A stretch of DNA of 53,419 nucleotides from a virus (taxonomy: Duplodnaviria > Caudoviricetes): positions 1-53,419 of the IMG/VR virus record IMGVR_UViG_3300050501_000354; one strand, written 5' to 3'. The position numbers and the translations under genes were made by a program. A model generated the notes under the pieces. The model ran no database searches, was not told the origin of the DNA, and was given only the letters and a program-made list of their open reading frames with translations. This document shows, piece by piece, positions 17,827-25,973 of this stretch (its first letter is position 1; each line of letters starts with the position of its first letter).

Positions 17827-18096
17827 ATGGATAAGATTTGGGTCTTGACCGAGGGGAACGCTCAATCCAGCAAGCATTACGTCGGATTGTTCAGTAGCCC
17901 GGAACTGGCAAAAGGTGCAGCACTGGATTTGTGGCCGCCGGTAGGCGACGTTACCTGGGAGTTTGTGACGGAGATCTTTGAGCGCGGCGCGTGGAAGCTG
18001 TCGTATTCGCACCGTCCGTTGGTTACACTTTACACTGTGGACTTCTGGATTGCTGAGGAGACGCTTGACTTTTGCGTTGGTGGCAAGACGAAATAA
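17827..18096 (+). CDS. Hypothetical protein
   Basis: GGAGG SD. Confidence 0.65.
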   Translation: MDKIWVLTEGNAQSSKHYVGLFSSPELAKGAALDLWPPVGDVTWEFVTEIFERGAWKLSYSHRPLVTLYTVDFWIAEETLDFCVGGKTK

Positions 18097-18106
18097 CATC
18101 GTGGGT

Positions 18107-18189
18107 TGAACGGTCGCTGACTGGTCGCGACCAGTCAGCTCAGCTCTGCACTGCGCGGAGTAGGGGAGGGTTTCAAGCCCTCCCTTTTT
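18107..18189. repeat. Nested family C palindromes plus GTAG REP-like hairpin/terminator at the convergence of early and late arms
   Basis: TGACTGGTCGCGACCAGTCA inside TGAAC...GCTCA; GTAGGGGAGGG-TTTCAAG-CCCTCCC-TTTTT. Confidence 0.75.
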
Positions 18190-18478
18190 AATCCTCCGGC
18201 GGCGCGCTCACTCGCACGAAGTAGTAATCGGGGAACGCCGCCGTCGGGTTGGCGAGCGTCAGCGCGTAGTCCACGCGATACAGCCCCGCCGTGCCGACCG
18301 TCAGTTTGCGGGTCGTCAGCCCGCCAGCTACGCTCACGCTGCCGTTTACCGTGATCGGCGCAGGTGGCGTGTCGGTACAGCTCGCAATCGTCTGCCCGCT
18401 CGCCAGGTCGGCGCTGTGGTCAATCGTCACGAGGCCGCTCGCTTCCCCCACTTGCATTTCAAAGAGTCGTCCTGGCAT
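18188..18478 (-). CDS. Putative virion fibre adaptor (beta-sandwich)
   Basis: Last gene of late operon; beta-rich; follows repeat protein. Confidence 0.5.
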   Translation of the reverse strand: MPGRLFEMQVGEASGLVTIDHSADLASGQTIASCTDTPPAPITVNGSVSVAGGLTTRKLTVGTAGLYRVDYALTLANPTAAFPDYYFVRVSAPPED

Positions 18479-19296
18479 CAGTCATCCGCCTTGATAAACG
18501 TTCGCCGTCGTCCAAGTGAAGTAAAGGTACTTCTCCGCCCGTCCAGTTCGCCCGTCCGCCGCCGCCCGCCCGACACAAACACGTCCTCGGCGATGATAAA
18601 CGCGCCACCTGTCACCACCAGATCATACAACGCACTGCCGTCGGCCAGGAAGGGCAGGGAGATGGACGCCGCGCTCTGGATAAGGGTGAAATTGTACAGC
18701 GCGCTTGAGTCGCCCAGGAAGGAGAGTGCAATCGTTTCGTTGACCTGGAAGGCATAGAGCGCCGAGGAGTCGGCCAGGAAACTCAGATGAACGTTCTGGT
18801 TGACCTGGAAGGCATAGAGCGCGCTTGAGTCGGCCAAAAACGCGAGTGCAATCGTTTCGTTGACCTGGAACGCATACAGCGCGCTCGTGTCGCCGAGAAA
18901 ATCAAGGCTGATCGTTTGCGCGCCGGCCTGGGAGACCACGAAGGCGTACAGCGCCGACGAGTCGCCGAGAAAGGACAGCGGAATCGTCTGGTTGATCTGG
19001 AATGCATAGAGCGCGCTGCTGTCCGCCAGGAAGGCGAGCGCAATTGTTTCGTTGACCTGGAAGGTGTAGAGCGCCGAGGAGTCGGCCAAAAACGCGAGTG
19101 CAATCGTCTGGTTGACCTGGAACGCATAGAGCGCACTGCTGTCGCTGAGAAAGGACAGCGATACCGTAACCGCCCCGGTCGTGAGAGTCGGTGCATACAG
19201 CGCCGAGCTGTCGGCCAGGAAGTCCAGGCTGACGGAGAGACCGGAGAGCTGCCGGGCCCCGCCCGGCAGGAGTGGTTGATAAACCCACCCGCTCAC
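18478..19296 (-). CDS. Putative virion fibre protein with ten ~20-aa repeats
   Basis: Repeated LxFLxDSSALYxFQVNxT units. Confidence 0.7.
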   Translation of the reverse strand: MSGWVYQPLLPGGARQLSGLSVSLDFLADSSALYAPTLTTGAVTVSLSFLSDSSALYAFQVNQTIALAFLADSSALYTFQVNETIALAFLADSSALYAFQINQTIPLSFLGDSSALYAFVVSQAGAQTISLDFLGDTSALYAFQVNETIALAFLADSSALYAFQVNQNVHLSFLADSSALYAFQVNETIALSFLGDSSALYNFTLIQSAASISLPFLADGSALYDLVVTGGAFIIAEDVFVSGGRRRTGELDGRRSTFTSLGRRRTFIKADD

Positions 19297-19297
19297 G

Positions 19298-19642
19298 TCA
19301 GGTTATCTTTCTGAGCGACCAGACAATCGTGCGATCGGTTCCGGCGATTTTGTCCATCGTCACGTCCCACCCGTTCCCCAGGATAAAGGATGGCGAAACC
19401 CAAAGGGGAGGGGATTGCGCGCCCACGAGATTACTCTGCCAGGCGATGCGCTGCGTGCCGCCGCCCTGCACCTTTTCATAGAGGCGGATCTGGTATTCAT
19501 CGCCGGCGGCCATGGCGTTCACGTCCAGCCAGATTTGCAGGATACAATCATCCGTTTGCGGGGTGAGCGTTGTTGAGTTGTTGGGCAGGCTGTATTCGGT
19601 GGTGCTGATGGAAGCGCTGTTTTCCGCAAAGGTAATTGCCAC
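19298..19642 (-). CDS. Putative virion structural protein
   Basis: MAITF start, beta-rich, late operon. Confidence 0.6.
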   Translation of the reverse strand: MAITFAENSASISTTEYSLPNNSTTLTPQTDDCILQIWLDVNAMAAGDEYQIRLYEKVQGGGTQRIAWQSNLVGAQSPPLWVSPSFILGNGWDVTMDKIAGTDRTIVWSLRKIT

Positions 19643-19646
19643 GTCC

Positions 19647-20498
19647 CTATCCCCCTAGCCCGTAACCGACCATCGAAAAGCTGCTGTCCGGTGTCCCGAT
19701 ACAAGAAGCCCGTGCATAGAGTGTGACGCCGGATGGCGCGAACCATATTGGCGGCAAACCCCCATCCGCTGCCTTGCCTGCCTTCTCCGATGTGTTGCCG
19801 GAAATCCCCGGCACGTTCTCAATGACCGGGTATTTGTTGGAAGCGTCCCCTACCGCCATGTCGAGCAAATACCCCTGAGTGCCCTGGGTCGTATCGTTGA
19901 TTGCGTGTCCCACCTGCCACCACCAGAGGTCATCGGCGGTTGCCCCCAGGCTGGTATAGGTCCCACGCGCGTTGGTGCCGGGTGTGATGGCGGTGCCATT
20001 GCTGCCTGCCGTGTTTGCGCCGATGGTGCGCACAAAAGAGCCGGTCTTGACCAGGTCGGGGCGGGAGGGCTTGCAAAACAGCTTGATTGCCATGCGCAGG
20101 GTCGCTCCGCCCGTACTGCATTGCGTCGCGCCGGCAAACGACACGCCGCTTTTGACGTAAAGGGGAAAATAATACTGGAAGCCGCCACATTCCAAATTGG
20201 GGCTGTTGGCGACCAGGTTGGCGATGAGGGTCGTCGTGTAGGACGTGCCGCCCGCCGGGTCGATGAGCAGGTCGGTCAGGTATTGGCGGACGGTGGCCGA
20301 TGCGTCGCCACCGCAGAACTGGATCATAATGCCATACACATCTTCCGTGACGCTGCCACCCGCAACCAGGGCAACCGCGGTGCCTTTTACGTTGGCGCTG
20401 GCATTGGCGGTCAGTCCCGCGCCCAGACCACCGTTAGTGATCGTCGCGCCAAAGTTATCTATGGTGGTTTGGAACTGATTGGCCGGCGTCCAGAGCAT
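19647..20498 (-). CDS. Putative virion fibre/receptor-binding protein
   Basis: G/T/A-rich, internal duplication (two LxDxxxG modules). Confidence 0.6.
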   Translation of the reverse strand: MLWTPANQFQTTIDNFGATITNGGLGAGLTANASANVKGTAVALVAGGSVTEDVYGIMIQFCGGDASATVRQYLTDLLIDPAGGTSYTTTLIANLVANSPNLECGGFQYYFPLYVKSGVSFAGATQCSTGGATLRMAIKLFCKPSRPDLVKTGSFVRTIGANTAGSNGTAITPGTNARGTYTSLGATADDLWWWQVGHAINDTTQGTQGYLLDMAVGDASNKYPVIENVPGISGNTSEKAGKAADGGLPPIWFAPSGVTLYARASCIGTPDSSFSMVGYGLGG

Positions 20499-20507
20499 CG
20501 CCTGGCC

Positions 20508-20726
20508 TTACAGTACTTGCTCGATGTGGTAATAGTCCAGGTCCACTTCGCCCGGAATCGGGTCGTCCAGTGTGATGTAGATGCGCGCGAGCAGGATGGT
20601 GAGCGCGGTCAGCGTCACGCTCCAGGTCGGGATGTCCTGGAATACCTCGCGCATATCCGCGCAGACATCATTGTGATTCTCGCTCAGGGTTCGGGTCGTG
20701 CGATAGGTTGTTGCAGCCATTGTCAA
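20508..20726 (-). CDS. Hypothetical protein
   Basis: Operon packing, AGGAG SD. Confidence 0.55.
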   Translation of the reverse strand: MTMAATTYRTTRTLSENHNDVCADMREVFQDIPTWSVTLTALTILLARIYITLDDPIPGEVDLDYYHIEQVL

Positions 20727-20947
20727 TCTCCTTTTGATTGAACGCGTCGCGACGGTTCAGATAGCGGGTCGCGACCCGTCATGCCATTCGGAAGGAAGCG
20801 GATGAGAATGAGCCATCCCAGCAGCGCGATGAGGATGGCCCCGGCGTGCGTCACCGGCGGTGGGATGAAAATCGCGCCCAGCAGCCCACCTGCCATACAA
20901 ATCACCCAATACACATAAAAGTACCGCTTGCGCATGATTCCCCTCAT
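20723..20947 (-). CDS. Small 2-TM membrane protein
   Basis: Two hydrophobic helices. Confidence 0.6.
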   Translation of the reverse strand: MRGIMRKRYFYVYWVICMAGGLLGAIFIPPPVTHAGAILIALLGWLILIRFLPNGMTGRDPLSEPSRRVQSKGD

Positions 20948-20948
20948 T

Positions 20949-21317
20949 TCACCTTTCGGGTGGTTTCTGTGTCACGGTGAACGGATACAGTTCCCCGTTC
21001 ACTTCACGGTGCGGCAGATACCGCCTCAGATTGCTGTCCCAGGCGGCCAGCTTGCCCGCCTCACGTATCATCGCGGGGTTGCCGGTGAAGCCGCCGAACG
21101 GCCAACCAGAACGCATGGCGAGCGCCTGGTCAGCGATCACCTGCTCGGCCTTCGCACCTTCCTCAGCGCGCTTCGCCACCACGTGGATGGCCTTCGCCAG
21201 TTCCAGCGCGCCGTCCCAGGGCAGGTCCATGACGAGCGTCCCGTTGACGATGATCTGCACCGACGTGCCTTCCTGGTGAATGGTGAAGGTCTTGAATTGG
21301 GGGGCAATCAGGCTCAT
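20949..21317 (-). CDS. Hypothetical protein
   Basis: ATGA overlap. Confidence 0.65.
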   Translation of the reverse strand: MSLIAPQFKTFTIHQEGTSVQIIVNGTLVMDLPWDGALELAKAIHVVAKRAEEGAKAEQVIADQALAMRSGWPFGGFTGNPAMIREAGKLAAWDSNLRRYLPHREVNGELYPFTVTQKPPER

Positions 21318-21715
21318 ATCTTAAAAATTCCGCTGGCGTTGAAGATGATATTGATGTCGCCGCCGTTCGGCGAGACGGGCAGCCCGGTCGAAGTGTCGAA
21401 GTTGCAGATGAGAAAGCTGGTGGATTCTGTGCCACTGTCCTTGTGGAACTCCACCTGCTCCGAAGGGTCGCCGGAAACGGCGGTGAGGGTTACGTCGGCG
21501 GCGTCACCCACGCCATTCGTCTTCGTTTTGGACGCGAGATTGCCGGACGTAGCGACGCGCGCGGCTGCCGGGATGTCGTCGAACGCATTGTGTGCGTTCA
21601 GGTCGCGCGTATAGTCGGCAGCGTCCAGCAGACACAGCTTGATGTTGGCGGCATCCCAGTCAATGTCGCCCCCCAGAATATTTTCCCTGCCTGGCTCGTA
21701 GAATCCATTTGCGAT
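21314..21715 (-). CDS. Putative virion/fibre protein with apparent ATC start (ANGFYEPGRENILGGDIDWDAANIKLCLLD...PNGGDINIIFNASGIFKI)
   Basis: Frame is open well upstream of the called GTG; SD GGAAAGG precedes ATC ATC GCA AAT; resembles a common phage structural protein type. Confidence 0.7.
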   Translation of the reverse strand: MANGFYEPGRENILGGDIDWDAANIKLCLLDAADYTRDLNAHNAFDDIPAAARVATSGNLASKTKTNGVGDAADVTLTAVSGDPSEQVEFHKDSGTESTSFLICNFDTSTGLPVSPNGGDINIIFNASGIFKI

Positions 21716-21731
21716 GATGGTTTGCCTTTCC

Positions 21732-21944
21732 CTAGAAGCCCACGTTCTGCGTGAGCGGGTCGTTGTCGGCCTTCTCGCGGCGGCGACGTTGGAGTTCCGC
21801 GCGGATGGGGTCGGCCTTTAGCTGAAGGACGCGCATATCTTCCAGGATGGCGCGTTTCTCCACGTCCAGCGAGAGCACCTCGGCGCTGATGCGCGCCTCT
21901 TCCGCTTCCAGTTCCTCGGTGGGGGTGTCGTCGTAGGGGTTCAC
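21732..21944 (-). CDS. Small coiled-coil protein
   Basis: Operon packing. Confidence 0.6.
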   Translation of the reverse strand: MNPYDDTPTEELEAEEARISAEVLSLDVEKRAILEDMRVLQLKADPIRAELQRRRREKADNDPLTQNVGF

Positions 21945-21945
21945 G

Positions 21946-22569
21946 TCAGGCCGCCTTCACCTGCATCTGGAAACCCGGCTGCTTCGACTGGTGCGCCAGG
22001 TTGTAGACTGCGTGCGCGCCCAGTCCCGTCACAATCGTCACCGGCAGCAAAGGCTGGAAGGCTTTCAGCACGCTTTCCACGACTTGCAGCACGTCGCGGT
22101 ACTGCTGCCCGTAGCCCAGTTGGTTGGTGACGACGTGGCCGACCCAGAACACGACCTGCACGGCCAGCGCCAGCGCCGCCGGGGAAATCCAGTATTTTTG
22201 TGGCAGCAGCCTCGTCATGGCGACCTTGAGAATTTGCGTGATGATCAGCACCAGCGACGCCGCATAGGCCACGCGGGTGATGGTGTCGAGCGCGTTCAGC
22301 AAATAGTCACCCGCTTCATCAGGAGTCGCGGGCGGTTCTTCGTCATGCACATCCGGTTCGTCTGTCACGTGAATTCCATCGCCGGAGGCGACCGTGTCCG
22401 CTTCGCGGATGGAATTCAGCTCGACGACCGGCGCTTCGTCCACCGTCGGCACGGGCGTGTTGGTCACCAACTCTCGCGTCGGCGTGGCGTCGTCCTGCGC
22501 GGCCAGGACATAGCCGTTGAGCAGCAGAACGACGATGGGGATCAGGATGATCCGTTGAAACTGAGTCAT
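21946..22569 (-). CDS. Membrane protein, holin candidate
   Basis: N-terminal hydrophobic segment plus ~3 TM segments; follows lysin candidate. Confidence 0.6.
   Translation of the reverse strand: MTQFQRIILIPIVVLLLNGYVLAAQDDATPTRELVTNTPVPTVDEAPVVELNSIREADTVASGDGIHVTDEPDVHDEEPPATPDEAGDYLLNALDTITRVAYAASLVLIITQILKVAMTRLLPQKYWISPAALALAVQVVFWVGHVVTNQLGYGQQYRDVLQVVESVLKAFQPLLPVTIVTGLGAHAVYNLAHQSKQPGFQMQVKAA
22370..22418. repeat. Family A Y-shaped element inside CDS
   Basis: TGAATTCCATC-GCCGGAGGC-GACCGTGT-CCGCTTCGCG-GATGGAATTCA. Confidence 0.9.
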
Positions 22570-24203
22570 TCGACAGGTACCTCCTCTAAGGCTTTCTCCA
22601 GGTCGGTGAGCGTCACTTCGACCAGGGTCTTTGAATTGAACAGTTCGGCGCGCGCGTGGCTCTTGTCGCTGATGCGCGCGTCCACCTCGGCCAGTTCCGC
22701 CGTTACCGACGCCAGCCGGTTGGCCGTCTCGACCCGCCGCGCGGTCAGGTCGGCAATGTCGGCGCCATATTCCCCAATGCGGCGCTCGATCCCCGGCAGG
22801 GCGCTGCGTAGTTGGTCTATCGTGCGCGCCAGGTCAAATACTGCTGCTGGTGGAATTGGCACCACCACCGGCACGAAGATGCCCGCCTTCACTTCGCACA
22901 CCCAGCCCTGCACGGGGCCGGTCAGGAGCGCGGCGTAGTACCACCGGCGGCCCTGCCGGTCGGAGACCGGTGGGGTGAACCAGACGTACAATTCCTCGCC
23001 GTTACGCGCCTCCCCCAGCTTGCGATACAACTCGCCCGCACCGTTGCGGACGTTGATACTCCCCTCCGGCGCGCCGAGCAGAGTCACCAGTGTCTTGTCG
23101 GCGGCATTGGCCGGTTTGGGCATCGGCATGGTAGTCTGCTCCTGTGGAGAGGCGGCGGCTTCAATCACACGCTTGAAATCCCGGTCACTCTCGGTGTTCG
23201 CATCGTACCAGTCCCTGCTGCTCGCACCTTCGTTGAAGTAGCAGTAGCCCACGATGTCAGGGTGGTTATACGTGACCTGGCTGCTGCCTTCGATGAGTTG
23301 GTGTGCCAGCGCCTCACCAACGCTCCATTCCGGCCACCACGCGCGGTACTGCATTTCCAGCCCCTGATAGAAGCGGGGTTCTTTACTGCCGGTGCGAATA
23401 AGCCCTTTGCGCCAGGCGTCAATCTTCTTGCCGCCTTCATCGTCGCCCCCGACGGCATCCGGGCCGTGCTCGCCGATACCGAACAGCACCCGCAGCCCCT
23501 TCGAGTGGCAATAACGAATCCACTGGTGGACACGCCCACAATGGAAGGCCGTCACCTTATCCATCGTTTTCGGCCACTGGTCGCGCGGGATAAAGCGGGT
23601 GAAGTACAGGCTGTCGCCTGGCTGCGTGATGCCGTCATGCGTAAACCCACTCATCCAGACGGCGGCGAAGTATTCGTTGAGGATGTACAGCACTTCGTCG
23701 GGGTGCACGCTGGCAAGTTCCAGCGTGGGCAGGGCTTCCGCGATCTGGTGAAACTCCGGTGTGCCCACTGACCATCCGCCGGGCGCAACGGGGATGCCCC
23801 GCGCCAGCGCCCGTTCGGTGGTCTTGTTCTGCCAGTCCAGCGCGGCTTTTGACCAACCGGTCTCATTGTGCAGCTTGATGAAGACGTTTCGTTCCCAGCC
23901 GTGCGCGTCCATGATGCGCTCGCGCTCGTCCAGGAATCGGTCTGACCCGTTCGTCTTTCCCGACTCATTGCGATAAACGTTGTGCAGATCGGCGTCGCTG
24001 TCCGAGGTCGTGCCACCGTAAGCCCGGTATTGGCGGTTCTGCCGCCAGATGACCGCGCAGTTGGGATAGCGCTTCTTGGCCTTCACCGCCATCAGCGGAT
24101 TGTCCAGATAGGTGAGTATCGGCGGCTTCGCGATGTCCAGGTGGGCGAAATGTGCCGCTTCGCTGCCCACCGCCCCGACGAAGTAGCCGTGTTTATGGGG
24201 CAT
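22566..24203 (-). CDS. Endolysin candidate: GH-A-like TIM barrel + SH3b + coiled coil
   Basis: KLHNET (NE) and IGEHG motifs; INVRNGAG...GEEL...WYY...GWV SH3b pattern; start reassigned to 24203. Confidence 0.6.
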   Translation of the reverse strand: MPHKHGYFVGAVGSEAAHFAHLDIAKPPILTYLDNPLMAVKAKKRYPNCAVIWRQNRQYRAYGGTTSDSDADLHNVYRNESGKTNGSDRFLDERERIMDAHGWERNVFIKLHNETGWSKAALDWQNKTTERALARGIPVAPGGWSVGTPEFHQIAEALPTLELASVHPDEVLYILNEYFAAVWMSGFTHDGITQPGDSLYFTRFIPRDQWPKTMDKVTAFHCGRVHQWIRYCHSKGLRVLFGIGEHGPDAVGGDDEGGKKIDAWRKGLIRTGSKEPRFYQGLEMQYRAWWPEWSVGEALAHQLIEGSSQVTYNHPDIVGYCYFNEGASSRDWYDANTESDRDFKRVIEAAASPQEQTTMPMPKPANAADKTLVTLLGAPEGSINVRNGAGELYRKLGEARNGEELYVWFTPPVSDRQGRRWYYAALLTGPVQGWVCEVKAGIFVPVVVPIPPAAVFDLARTIDQLRSALPGIERRIGEYGADIADLTARRVETANRLASVTAELAEVDARISDKSHARAELFNSKTLVEVTLTDLEKALEEVPVE

Positions 24204-24435
24204 CTGGTTTCCAGCCCTCCAGCTTCGCAAACTCATGGAAAATACAGCCCATGTAAGGACACACAACCGAAGGAGACACCGTGCCGTCGTCGGCAATGGT
24301 GTGATCGAGCAACGTGAACGTATGCCCATCAGGGCAGGTGACAGTTGCCGCGCGCGTCCGCTTATGGGTTGAGGCGGGTTTCAAACCCTTCCATGACAGT
24401 GGGGCGTAATTGGCATCAAATGGAATAATAATCAC
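24193..24435 (-). CDS. Small Cys/His metal-binding protein
   Basis: TCPDGH...HTI...TVSPSVVCP...CIFH. Confidence 0.6.
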   Translation of the reverse strand: MIIIPFDANYAPLSWKGLKPASTHKRTRAATVTCPDGHTFTLLDHTIADDGTVSPSVVCPYMGCIFHEFAKLEGWKPDAP

Positions 24436-24439
24436 GGCG

Positions 24440-25183
24440 TTACCTCAACAGATCAAATATATTGGGCACGTTCTGCGGATGCTGCCCGGCCAGGAGCGCC
24501 GCCGCAATCGCCGCGCCTGTGCCCAACAACCCCAGCCAGAAGCGCCAGTCGTGCAGCACGGCCCAACCGCCGGTGACGACCTTGCGGAACGCCTCGACCA
24601 TGCGCGTCTCCCACAACTGACGCCGTTCCATGTAGCGTTCGAGCGGCTCAACCCGCTTCACCAGACTGCTTTGCGCGTTCATCAATTCCGTGTGCTTGCT
24701 GTCCCGATCCAGATCCTGGGCGTCCAGCCGCTCGAACAGCGACGGGTTGCCGCTGCGCTCCTCCGGGTTGCCGTGTATGGTGTTGCGCAGCGTGGTGATC
24801 TCCGACGACAGCAGGGCGTGCCGCTGTGCCAGCGCCGCCAGCCCATTCTCGGGGTGATTCACCACGGCTTCCATGCCGTCCAGCCGCTCCTCGTGGGCCT
24901 CCATGCGCGACTTAATGCTGCCCAGCGCGCCGTTGATGTCGGAAATTTTGGTAAAGATCTGTGCCAGATGGGTTTCAATCGTCCGGGTGGTCAGGTCAAT
25001 CGTGTTCATGAGCGGGTAGCTCTGCGACACCCACCGTTCCTGCACCATCTGGGAGAGCAGGGGGCGCAGCGTTTCCAGCGTTGGCGCGTCGGCCATCGCT
25101 TTGCGCACTTCCGCCTGCGCCACCTCGCGTGCGATGTCGCGGGCTTCGACTGCGGTCACTGGCACGGTTGTGGGTTCGTTCAC
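24440..25183 (-). CDS. Coiled-coil protein with C-terminal TM (lysis-associated?)
   Basis: Heptad pattern, WRFWLGLLGTGAAIAAALLA; first gene after the 25201 promoter. Confidence 0.65.
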   Translation of the reverse strand: MNEPTTVPVTAVEARDIAREVAQAEVRKAMADAPTLETLRPLLSQMVQERWVSQSYPLMNTIDLTTRTIETHLAQIFTKISDINGALGSIKSRMEAHEERLDGMEAVVNHPENGLAALAQRHALLSSEITTLRNTIHGNPEERSGNPSLFERLDAQDLDRDSKHTELMNAQSSLVKRVEPLERYMERRQLWETRMVEAFRKVVTGGWAVLHDWRFWLGLLGTGAAIAAALLAGQHPQNVPNIFDLLR

Positions 25184-25226
25184 GCATAACCTCCGCCCTC
25201 AGTGTAGCACAAATGAGCGACGCGAC

Positions 25227-25577
25227 TCAGCACCCGCGCGGCGGCGGCGGGAAAGGGTCAATAGTGAAATGGTTTAGCCGTCCCAGTAGCGCGTAAAAAT
25301 GGTTGACCGCCTCGTACTCGCAGTTGAAGCCCTGTTCCAGTTCAAAGGGCGCACCCAGCCGGGCAATCTCGAACGGGTGGTTGGCGGAGAGAACCATGCG
25401 CCACAGCCCGTCTCCACCTTGCTCATAGCGGACGGTGTACCAGTCGTTGTCGAGCGGGTCCGCTTGGACGGGGGCAGCGAAGAAGCTGCCTACAGTCGGC
25501 GCAGTCGACCCCCTTGTCCACACGGGCTGCCCGATGATTCCAAGCAGCACAATCAGGAAGATCGCTATCGTTCTCAT
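25227..25577 (-). CDS. Secreted/membrane-anchored hypothetical protein
   Basis: MRTIAIFLIVLLGII signal; start 25577. Confidence 0.6.
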   Translation of the reverse strand: MRTIAIFLIVLLGIIGQPVWTRGSTAPTVGSFFAAPVQADPLDNDWYTVRYEQGGDGLWRMVLSANHPFEIARLGAPFELEQGFNCEYEAVNHFYALLGRLNHFTIDPFPPPPRGC

Positions 25578-25969
25578 ATCACCTCGCCTCCTAAGCCGAG
25601 CGTGCTCACAATCCAATCGATCTGTGCTTGCAAGTTCGCAAGCGCCACTTTGAGTTCTTCATTCGTCGGGGAGTCTGAAAGCGCCAGAACCCCATCCCTG
25701 GCCGCACCGATGGCTACCAGTGTTGCCGCCTGGTCGGCTTTTGCCGCCGCTTCCTCGGCCTCTCGCGCTGCCACCCAGGGCTTACTCTCGACGAGCGAGC
25801 GCATGTCGTCTGGCAGAACAATCCCGTCCGCCCCTTGCCATACCCAGGCGGCGATGATGTCCGCATAGACCTCGCCAATCCCGTCCGCACCCCACGCGCG
25901 CGCTGCGGCGATCATCGTCTGCTTGAGTCCCTCCGGCCACGTCTCTGGCCGCCCGACATACTGCTCCAT
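25574..25969 (-). CDS. Hypothetical tail-associated protein
   Basis: ATG 25969 after GGAGG. Confidence 0.6.
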   Translation of the reverse strand: MEQYVGRPETWPEGLKQTMIAAARAWGADGIGEVYADIIAAWVWQGADGIVLPDDMRSLVESKPWVAAREAEEAAAKADQAATLVAIGAARDGVLALSDSPTNEELKVALANLQAQIDWIVSTLGLGGEVI

Positions 25970-25973
25970 GTCT

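Noticed and set aside
18640-19230. CRISPR-like array with ~60-bp period
   Set aside because: These are degenerate coding repeats with synonymous variation; there are no unique spacers and no cas genes.
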